DNA of 23,451 nucleotides from Promethearchaeota archaeon (GTDB lineage Archaea; Asgardarchaeota; Thorarchaeia; Thorarchaeales; Thorarchaeaceae): NCBI GenBank assembly GCA_027031765.1, contig JALVPN010000212.1, positions 1 to 23,451 of the forward strand, read 5' to 3'. Shown piece by piece: positions 17,401 to 23,451 of this stretch (position 1 is its first letter; each line of letters starts with the position of its first letter). The notes under the pieces were generated by a model. It saw only the letters and a program-made list of their open reading frames with translations, ran no database searches and was not told where the DNA came from. The position numbers and the translations under genes were made by a program.

Positions 17401-19505
17401 CCAACTTCCCGGTCACGAGCGGTGCCTATCAGAACGTGACGAATGGCGGTGACGAGGCATTCATAACGCGGTTCTCGTCGTCGGGCGACAGCCTTGTCTG
17501 GAGCACCTATCTAGGTGGTTCGCTCCAGGACCGTGCCACCGCTGTCGCTGTTGCCATTGACCACACAGTGTATGTCACAGGTCGGACCACTTCCAATGAC
17601 CTCCCGACGAATGCCAGTTCGTACCAGTTGGCGCTGGGCGGGTACTCTGACGCCTTTGTGGCACACCTCACCTCAGATGGGCAAGACCTGTATTTCATCA
17701 CCTATCTTGGTGGCAGCGACAATGCCGGTGCGGGCCTCTATGTTGACGAGGGCCTTGGGATTGTTGCTGACACGACAGGCCACTGCTTCGTTGTCGGCTA
17801 CACAGACTCGAGCGACTTCCCGGTGAAGAATGCCAACGACAGCTCCTTGGGTGGCAACATAGACGCCTTCGTGGCAAAGTTCGCCTCCTCCGGTCTGGCG
17901 CAGTTCGTCACGTATCTTGGTGGGTCTGGCAACGACTACGCTACCGCCGTTGCCCTAGACTCGTCCTTCAAGGTCTACGTCACAGGCTATACACGCTCCA
18001 CCGACTACCCGACCATCGACCAGCCTGCCGGATGGGACGGGGACTACGATGACATCTTCGTGACGCGCTTCACGTCTGACGGGTCACAGTTCGACAGGAG
18101 CCTCGTCATTGGTACTGACTACAGTGACATGGCATGGGACATCGCCGTTGACAGCAGTGGCCGTGTCTTCGTTTCCGGACAGGCAGGAGGGCCCGACTTC
18201 CCGCTGGTCGACCCGGTCCAGAGTTCACACGTCAGTGCCAGTGATGCCGTTGTTATGTCCTTCAACTCCGGCCCTGCAGGGCTCAACTTCAGTTCGTACC
18301 TTGGTGGGAATGGCGACGATGTTGCACATGGTGTCGCGGCCCGCAGCGTGTTCGTCTACGTGGCCGGCAGCACGAAGTCGACGGACTTCCCAGTGTCGGA
18401 CGACGCCTATCAGGGGTTCCGCAGGGGTTCTGAAGACAGCTTTGTCACCCGGATCTCTGTGGACAACTCGTACCCGTCAGTTGGCGTCAACCCGTTCAAT
18501 GGCTCGCGGGTGAAGAGTGGGACCGATATCGACATCTCCGTGTCGGACACGTTCAGTGGCGTGTCGGAAGTGCTGGTATCGTGGGACACCCTGGACAACT
18601 CCACGGTCTCGGCGCCCTACTCGACCCCTGTGCCCCTCGGGGATGGTACGCATGTCCTCAATGTCTACGTCCGTGATGGCGTCGGACACTGGACGTCCGG
18701 ACACTACGTCTTCCTGGCCGACAACTCGCCTCCGGTAGTCACCCTTGCGACACCGGCTGAAGGTTCCTATGTCAGGTCTGGTACTACGGTCCAGGTCTCT
18801 GTGGCAGACTATGCAATTGGCTCTGTCCGGTATGCCTGGGACGGCGCGGCGCTCCAGGACTGGCCATCACCATATGTCACAAGTCAGCCGGCCGGAGATG
18901 GACCACACACTCTTCGTGTAGAGGCCAGCGACGACCTCGGAAATGCCATCTCCGTCGAGTACACACTCTATACGGACGACACCCCGCCCTCCATAGGCCG
19001 CATACCGGCCTCTCCGAGCCTCGTACTCACTGACAGCAACAAGACCGGTGCGAGCCTGATATGGCAGGGGAGCGACTCGTACCCGGGCTCCTACTCGCTC
19101 TACCTCAACGACTCACTTGTCCGTACCAATACGTGGAACGCCACATGGGAGTCCATCACGGTCGAACTTGGCGGTCTGGCCCCCGGTGTATACAACTACA
19201 CCATGGTGCTACGCGACCTTGCTGGCAATGAGGCCACCGACCAGGTGATCGTCACAGTGCTGTCCAACGCGACAACGACAACGACCACTACGACTACCAC
19301 GGGCACCACAACGACCACTACGACTACCACGGGCACCACAACGACCGGGCCGCCTCCGACGACCACTGGCACAACGACCACCGGCGAGCCGACCTCCGGT
19401 GAGTTCCCGTGGTTGCTGGTGGCAGTCGTACTCGGGGTCCTCCTGCTTGTTGCCATTGGCGTTGCTGTTGTACGTGGCAGGAAGACCGAGGAGACCAGTG
19501 AGTAA
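14454..19505 (+). CDS. Giant cell-surface protein (~1683 aa): signal peptide, N-terminal SBBP-associated domain, two 7-blade SBBP beta-propellers separated and followed by Ig-like domains, Thr-rich linker, TM anchor
   Basis: ATG 14454 has GGTGA 4 nt upstream. FIRNLGQ...VEYY N-terminal motif; 7+7 repeats of STYLGGSxxDxxxxIAVDSSGxxYVxGxTxSxDFP; DxTPP-started Ig-like segments; poly-Thr linker; FPWLLVAVVLGVLLLVAIGVAVV followed by RGRK. Confidence 0.92.
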   Translation: MHASIKSSALILMVIMLTAGALPLHPLVRPRHPQAYSPVISSSPPEQDLQEVLEHLRSGGQSLPFGGFIRNLGQLDDERVEYYVPGRVMDVGFGPSMVLYAFHRPDGGRTVFRMTFPGSDTVHPTGRVRNQHVVNYFHGDLVLTNVPTYNEVWFEGLYPGIDLRFMMTGGGLKYEAIARPHSDPSVFRIQLSGDVDVEVSDVGVSVSLPGVSGGPVFTDSGLDVFQTGGASVPAEYTLIDPLTHTYGFALGEYDPSKTLIIDPWCVSHATLLGGSGGEWAYDIDVDSSGHVYVTGYSGSVDFDVTQDAYQASHGGAHDIFVTELNQTMTGLVYSTYIGGSGDDEGRSLFVDSSGNVYIGGYTASSDFPLVNAYDPSLDVRDAVVVKLDSSGQLVFSTYFGGSGEEVITGIVPSGTNYIYVVGYTTSDDLNVTSAYQDTFGGGSYDAFAAEFDTSSASLVYSTYLGGSDDDLAYDAVLIGQDVVLVGHTWSSDYPAANGYDTSINGQTDIFVTRLNSTGNGIVFSTFLGGGSYDYGQSIALDSSNNIYVAGRSMSSNFPTVSAYQDSLAGEYDVVVSELSANGQTLLASTYLGGTDTEWSGVVTVDPTGHVCVAAKTASTDYPLLNASDSSRTGATDAVLTLFDSGLSTLRFSTYFGGSHTEETLGIDTDSSGAVYFCGTSTSLSFPAHRAYQPGLSGTSDAYIVKYDVDVTPPTIGLVGTSNNTVHRSGTLIRLDPDDDMSGVQSVTYSWDGGANNSLSAPYKVALPSGETTHVLRVYVSDRVGFESSAVYSFVTDDTAPVIDLVTPTNHTSACSGTLVDVDITEPHIGSVTYTWGDSSPQAWSAPYHTVIPHENGWVTLTVNATDQAGNNAVATYVFKASASRYLHYSTYFGGTDVDMAEDLAVSTNGVMYIVGSTAGSLPTFNAYDSSFNGLPTDAFLAAFAGNGSLLFSTYIGGDDEDHAYSVALDSDGTIVVAGLTASSNFPVTSGAYQNVTNGGDEAFITRFSSSGDSLVWSTYLGGSLQDRATAVAVAIDHTVYVTGRTTSNDLPTNASSYQLALGGYSDAFVAHLTSDGQDLYFITYLGGSDNAGAGLYVDEGLGIVADTTGHCFVVGYTDSSDFPVKNANDSSLGGNIDAFVAKFASSGLAQFVTYLGGSGNDYATAVALDSSFKVYVTGYTRSTDYPTIDQPAGWDGDYDDIFVTRFTSDGSQFDRSLVIGTDYSDMAWDIAVDSSGRVFVSGQAGGPDFPLVDPVQSSHVSASDAVVMSFNSGPAGLNFSSYLGGNGDDVAHGVAARSVFVYVAGSTKSTDFPVSDDAYQGFRRGSEDSFVTRISVDNSYPSVGVNPFNGSRVKSGTDIDISVSDTFSGVSEVLVSWDTLDNSTVSAPYSTPVPLGDGTHVLNVYVRDGVGHWTSGHYVFLADNSPPVVTLATPAEGSYVRSGTTVQVSVADYAIGSVRYAWDGAALQDWPSPYVTSQPAGDGPHTLRVEASDDLGNAISVEYTLYTDDTPPSIGRIPASPSLVLTDSNKTGASLIWQGSDSYPGSYSLYLNDSLVRTNTWNATWESITVELGGLAPGVYNYTMVLRDLAGNEATDQVIVTVLSNATTTTTTTTTTGTTTTTTTTTGTTTTGPPPTTTGTTTTGEPTSGEFPWLLVAVVLGVLLLVAIGVAVVRGRKTEETSE
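19278..19346 (+). repeat. Exact 30-bp tandem repeat x2.3 encoding the Thr-rich linker (TTTTTTTTGT)
   Basis: ACAACGACCACTACGACTACCACGGGCACC at 19278 and 19308, with a partial copy at 19338. Confidence 0.9.
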
Positions 19506-19515
19506 CTGCGTGAGT

Positions 19516-19549
19516 GGTGCGTGACACCCCGTCACGTGCCCTTCCTCTC
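19516..19549 (+). terminator. Hairpin plus pyrimidine tract after the SBBP gene; possible terminator
   Basis: GGTGCGTGAC-ACCCC-GTCACGTGCC (10-bp stem with 2 G-U pairs) followed by CTTCCTCTC, 10 nt after the stop codon. Confidence 0.3.
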
Positions 19550-19743
19550 GCATCTCGACCCGTGATGCATGACATCGTGGCGGCTTGGCCCGTCCAGTCA
19601 GGTGTGCGTCCTGTGCATCAGGTCAAGGGGGTGACCAGTGGACTGGGTGTCTGTAGACTCTCATCTGGGGCTCATCTTTGCCCATGTACTGATGTGCAGC
19701 GCCTACTCGTGCAAAGGGAGTCCTCCCACAAGGCGTCACTAGC

Positions 19744-19778
19744 CTTAAAACGTTGAGTTGCCCTACTTGGTGCAGGTG
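19744..19778 (+). promoter_or_regulatory. TATA-like box (CTTAAAA, 19744-19750) and RBS (AGGTG, 19774-19778) for the small ORF
   Basis: Archaeal-type spacing: TATA-like box about 36 nt and RBS 7 nt upstream of TTG 19786. Confidence 0.5.
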
Positions 19779-19785
19779 TAGTGGT

Positions 19786-19932
19786 TTGCCAGAGAACGAA
19801 GACTCCGAAACGGTGGAGGCACAGAAGCTTACCCCGCGTGATGTGAGGGAGATACAGGAGGGCGCCTGCCTGAACTGTGCTGTTGCATCGCTCGTGATAC
19901 TGCTGCTGGGCCTTGTCGCGCTGCTGTTGTAG
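19786..19932 (+). CDS. Small (48 aa) tail-anchored membrane protein with a CxxC motif; below the ORF-track cutoff
   Basis: MPENEDSETVEAQKLTPRDVREIQEGACLNCAVASLVILLLGLVALLL*. TTG start with AGGTG RBS and upstream TATA-like box; acidic N-terminus and a C-terminal hydrophobic helix. Confidence 0.7.
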   Translation: MPENEDSETVEAQKLTPRDVREIQEGACLNCAVASLVILLLGLVALLL

Positions 19933-20231
19933 GACGGGGCAGGACAGCGAGTCCCGCCAGTCAGCCGTGTGTGTCCTGTGTCAAGTGGACATGCACCTCG
20001 TCTGCATGGCCCTCTCGGCCACCCCGTAGTGTCGTGAACCATCCTGTCCTGCCCGCCGACTGTTCCTTGCAATTGGGTCGTATCCCGGCTGGTCGTGGTG
20101 AATGGGACGGTTCCGCTGCGTCCTCTCTCTGCCGGGGGCACAGCCCGTACTCAGCTCGGCCCGTATTGGGAAGAGTTCCAGCACGTAGCCCGTCTAGGTG
20201 TCCTTTGGGTGCCGGGTGGTTCCACAAACAA

Positions 20232-20284
20232 TGATATATGCCATTGATGCATATCTAGTCTGGAAGGAGTCAGTCCGAGGAGGT
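20232..20284 (+). promoter_or_regulatory. TATA-like box (TGATATAT, 20232-20239) and strong RBS (GAGGAGGT, 20277-20284) for the GNAT gene
   Basis: AT-rich CAAACAATGATATATG island followed about 40 nt later by GAGGAGGT. Confidence 0.5.
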
Positions 20285-20291
20285 CCCAGCA

Positions 20292-20795
20292 ATCCACAAC
20301 TACGCGGAAATCACCATTCGGCGGGCAACACTCGGTGAGGTCGACGTGATAAGGCAGATCATCACCGAGGCTTACGAGCCTGTACAACAGCGGCTGTCGC
20401 GGATGCCTGCCGCCTTGAAGGAGGGCTTGGACAAGATTGCACGCAACATCCAGATGGGCACTCAGTACGTGGCACTTGTTGGGGAAGAGGTGGTCGGCAC
20501 AATGCGCGTCATGTTGCGGGGGAGTACTGGTGTCATCAGTAGGGTTGCTGTGCGCCAGAAGTACCGGGGACGTAGGATTGGGACGATGCTCATGGAATAT
20601 GCCGAGAACCTCCTTGCCCACATGAACGCGACCACTGTGGAGGTCGAGGTGTACGGCGCAGTGCAACAGCAGCTGGAGTTCTACAGACGCCTAGGGTACA
20701 CGGAGACCGGCAGGCTTGAACGCCTCGGCGAGGAGATTGTGGTCATGCAGAAGTCGCTCGTCGAGAGCGAGGCTGAAGAAGAAGACGAGTACTGA
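20292..20795 (+). CDS. GNAT-family N-acetyltransferase
   Basis: Acetyl-CoA motif ISRVAVRQKYRGRRIGTMLM and a later LEFYRRLGY motif. The first strand EITIRRATLGEVDVIRQII lies upstream of the ORF-track GTG 20346, so the start is uncertain (ATC 20292 or GTG 20346). Confidence 0.9.
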   Translation: MHNYAEITIRRATLGEVDVIRQIITEAYEPVQQRLSRMPAALKEGLDKIARNIQMGTQYVALVGEEVVGTMRVMLRGSTGVISRVAVRQKYRGRRIGTMLMEYAENLLAHMNATTVEVEVYGAVQQQLEFYRRLGYTETGRLERLGEEIVVMQKSLVESEAEEEDEY

Positions 20796-20860
20796 CAGGC
20801 CTGCACCGTATCTCGACCTATCTGTAGCACCCGCCGCAGTGGCCGTGTCCACGTCAAGGG

Positions 20861-20891
20861 GTGTCCCTAGACCGCCCTCGGCGTGGGACAC
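20861..20891. terminator. Hairpin between the convergent GNAT and radical SAM genes
   Basis: GTGTCCC...GGGACAC outer stem enclosing a CGCC-CTC-GGCG inner stem. Confidence 0.25.
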
Positions 20892-21044
20892 GTGTGGTTT
20901 CTAGCAATCACTCACAGCGGGCCAGAGTGTTGGTCTGGGTGTCGTCATGGTATGGGACGCACCCATGACATTTCATGCTGTCAAACAACAGGCCGCAGTA
21001 GTGCATCAATGCCCAGGACCTGCCTGCCCACTTTTGAGCCCGTA

Positions 21045-22130
21045 CTATGGGACTATCTCGCAACCATTGTTGTGGTCCGGATAGTTGAAGTCCTCTGTGC
21101 CAATCCGGCCCGAGTCTATCAGTCCCTGTACCTCTGGGATCATGCTCTTGAGAGTGTTGACCAAGTGTCTTACCGTGCCACACACCTTCTCGAACCCCTC
21201 CTCGCCCCAGAGCCTCTGTTTGTTGGCGAACAGGCACCTGCCGCCGCAGACATCGTAGACGTCACAGGAGGGACAGGGCTCGTCCACTGTCATGCAGTCC
21301 CTCAGTGTTCCAGGGTCTGTGTCCCAGATGTTGCCAACGATGGAGAAGTCCCAGTCGGGGGAGATTGGGCAGACACCAATTGACCCGTCCACATGGATGG
21401 CAAAGGTATCAATGCCGGAGCCACACCGCAGTCGCGAGCCGTGTCCCGTGAGCAACGTGTACATGATCGGGAGGAATGGTACAATCCCCTCCACGTGGCC
21501 CCTCCGCATGGCCCTGAACCAGTCCTCTGCGAGCCGCGTTATCCCGGGCTTGTAGCTCCGCTCGACCCAGCCATCAAAGTCCGTCCAGTTCCCTTCTGCA
21601 TCCCACACGACGTTCAGTTGCCAGTGCACATGGTCAAACTGTGGGTCTCTGAGGTCGAGCAGGTGACGCACCTCCCTGTAGATATCGCTCTGCTGAGAGA
21701 CCGCCATCCTCGCCACTATGTCCCCTTCAAAGCCCACACGCCTGAGCCATCTCACGGCCTCCAACACCCGCCGGTACACACCGCGCGACCTGTAGTAGTC
21801 CGTTACCTCCTCCCGGCCGTCTATCGAGACCAGTATCGAGTGGAACCTGCGCACGTACTCAACACCCATCCTTGGGAGCAGAAGCGCATTTGTCTGGAGC
21901 ATGAATGTTGCATCTGGGAACCTGTCCATTACAGCCTGTGCGAGCGGTATCCGCAGTGTCGGCTCGCCACCGTAGAGCAGGAGGGTCACAGGTGTCCTGT
22001 CACGGCTGATGAATGCCTCAAGGTCGTCTAGTGAGTATGAGACCTCGGTCCCCGGCCCGGTCTCCTCACCACCATGACAGTACACACAGTTCAGGTTGCA
22101 GCGCCTTGTGAGCACGAGGTGGTAGTTCAT
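21045..22130 (-). CDS. Radical SAM/SPASM-domain enzyme, resembling the archaeal AF0577 family (TIGR04084-type, recalled from memory)
   Basis: CNLNCVYC (CxxxCxxC), YGGEP, QTN, SIDG, then SPASM-type CGSG...DGSIGVCP and CPSCDVYDVCGGRC (CxxCx5Cx3C); C-terminal NNGCEIVP. Confidence 0.9.
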   Translation of the reverse strand: MNYHLVLTRRCNLNCVYCHGGEETGPGTEVSYSLDDLEAFISRDRTPVTLLLYGGEPTLRIPLAQAVMDRFPDATFMLQTNALLLPRMGVEYVRRFHSILVSIDGREEVTDYYRSRGVYRRVLEAVRWLRRVGFEGDIVARMAVSQQSDIYREVRHLLDLRDPQFDHVHWQLNVVWDAEGNWTDFDGWVERSYKPGITRLAEDWFRAMRRGHVEGIVPFLPIMYTLLTGHGSRLRCGSGIDTFAIHVDGSIGVCPISPDWDFSIVGNIWDTDPGTLRDCMTVDEPCPSCDVYDVCGGRCLFANKQRLWGEEGFEKVCGTVRHLVNTLKSMIPEVQGLIDSGRIGTEDFNYPDHNNGCEIVP

Positions 22131-22365
22131 AGCCCGTCATCTTCGTTACTGTGACCGTGCGTCCTTCGCCCTGTGCGTCGAGACAGTCCGTTTTCAAAGT
22201 TCCTCCCTGGCAACTCCTGTTGTATTTCTCCGTAGCGGCACGCTCGTGTACATTCACGGCCTAGGCTACTTGCCCGCTGAGGGCAGATGCGTCCCTATGA
22301 CTGACCAACTCACCACTTGCATGTGCTGCGCTGTCTGATGTTGCACGGCGCTGGAGGACAGTTGT

Positions 22366-23451
22366 TCAGGCCCTGCGCCTGAGGACAACGAGGTTCTCGG
22401 TACTCGTCCTGCTGTCGCTCCTCATCGTTGCGGGGTTCGTGCGGTACGAGAACATCCGTCGGGCCACAATGGTATCGATGAGAGTGACTTCGTGAGACCA
22501 CCCTTCACCGGTGAAGTGTTCCGCCAGCACCCTGTCAATCGGCACCGGCTGACCCCGAACACTTGACCTGCCTACGAACAGCAAGAGGTAGTCGGTGATG
22601 TTCTCTTGGAACCTCTCAAGGGCGGTGACTATACCGTGAAAGTATGCGTCAAAGACCTGCCTGATCCTGTCCTCGTGGAGCGTACTCCTCACCCTGTGAA
22701 AGGTCTCGGAGTTGATGTCTGTTGGCGGTACCTCTCGATATGGCAGCTCGAGCCTGCTGAGCCTGCGGATCTCGTCCTGCGAGTGCCCCAACCAGAACAG
22801 GTCCATCTTGGCCTGTCTGATGTACTCCTGTGACTGCAAGTACGGCGGTGATGTCATGAGCACAGTGTGTTCCCGGGTGAGCGCCTCACCGAGCGAGTCG
22901 ACACCGCCCCTCACAGTATGTCTGGTCTTTCTGGGCCCCAGTCCCCAGTACTCCCTGAGCCGTTTCTCAACGAGTGCCGCCTCGCTCCTCAGCATGTTGT
23001 AGAACTCCGTTTCCCAGTCTGTGCTGAGCAGTCGTCCGACACGCTGCACGGATCTTGGTGACTTTGATAGCTTCATCCGCCCCATGTCGTCGAATGAGAA
23101 GTACCGGCTGACCTTCAGAAGCGGGACAGTGAGCATGAGCTTTGTCGTCCTGTCGTCCAACATGTGGTAGTAGCCCCAGGCCCGGCTGAGCACTGGGGCG
23201 AACTCCTGTGCAAACCAGTAGTGAAAGTTGTCCCAGTCAGGCAGGAACTCCGCAGACGATGCCTGCATCTCGTCCACTATTGTGTCCATGTGCATGGCAC
23301 TGGGCTCAAGGAGTGTTATGTCATGGAGGACCTCAATGATGGGGTTCAGGTCCCAGAGCTCGTAGTCGTGTCCATAGAGGCGGCTCACGGTACCGACCGT
23401 GCCACAGCCCGCGAACGGGTCGAATACCGTACCACCGGCCGGGTGCGTACT
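22366..23451 (-). CDS. DNA amino-methyltransferase (SPPY type, probably N4-cytosine), 5'-truncated by the window edge
   Basis: The frame continues open from the ORF-track start at 23388 to the window end and adds the SAM-binding motif I VFDPFAGCGTVG. Catalytic motif IV MTSPPY lies downstream. Confidence 0.88.
   Translation of the reverse strand, partial: STHPAGGTVFDPFAGCGTVGTVSRLYGHDYELWDLNPIIEVLHDITLLEPSAMHMDTIVDEMQASSAEFLPDWDNFHYWFAQEFAPVLSRAWGYYHMLDDRTTKLMLTVPLLKVSRYFSFDDMGRMKLSKSPRSVQRVGRLLSTDWETEFYNMLRSEAALVEKRLREYWGLGPRKTRHTVRGGVDSLGEALTREHTVLMTSPPYLQSQEYIRQAKMDLFWLGHSQDEIRRLSRLELPYREVPPTDINSETFHRVRSTLHEDRIRQVFDAYFHGIVTALERFQENITDYLLLFVGRSSVRGQPVPIDRVLAEHFTGEGWSHEVTLIDTIVARRMFSYRTNPATMRSDSRTSTENLVVLRRRA

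Noticed and set aside
9728-19575. Numerous antisense and alternate-frame ORFs inside the large genes, some over 200 aa
   Set aside because: Expected shadows of GC-rich repetitive coding sequence; none has independent motifs.
19933-20230. ~300-nt GC-rich intergenic stretch checked for SRP RNA, RNase P RNA or tRNA
   Set aside because: No SRP helix-8 motif, no RNase P GAGGAAAGUCC motif and no tRNA arms were found. The overlapping ORFs look spurious.
22131-22365. Gap between the methyltransferase and radical SAM genes searched for a precursor peptide
   Set aside because: The short frames (22066-22257, 22310-22501) overlap neighbouring genes and lack an RBS or precursor-like features.

Overview
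GC-rich archaeal-type window (GGTGA/GGAGG ribosome-binding sites, BRE/TATA-like promoters, probable TTG starts). The gene content suggests an Asgard archaeon such as Thorarchaeota, but this is inference only. The most notable feature is a minus-strand cluster at 3513-9399: two tandem paralogous TRAFAC-type GTPases, both with a non-canonical 'SHAE' in place of the G4 (N/T)KxD motif, followed by a 1164-aa alpha-helical protein whose N-terminus resembles GAP1-N2/GAP1-M (DENN-like) modules. This resembles the bacterial double-GTPase/GAP1 conflict systems, here in an archaeal context and with no obvious effector in the window. Around it are three membrane-anchored surface proteins (Ig-like; 8-blade FG-GAP/PQQ-like propeller plus 13 TSP3-like repeats; two 7-blade SBBP propellers), a long coiled-coil protein, a GNAT acetyltransferase with a possible ATC start, a radical SAM/SPASM enzyme and a 5'-truncated SPPY-type DNA methyltransferase. 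Two genes missed by the ORF track were found: a 3'-truncated MFS-type membrane protein (1-1236, minus) and a 48-aa tail-anchored CxxC protein (19786-19932). Several short, near-perfect tandem duplications occur, three of them inside the GTPase cluster. No rRNA, tRNA, CRISPR array or transposase was recognised. All family assignments come from motif recognition by eye; no database search was run.
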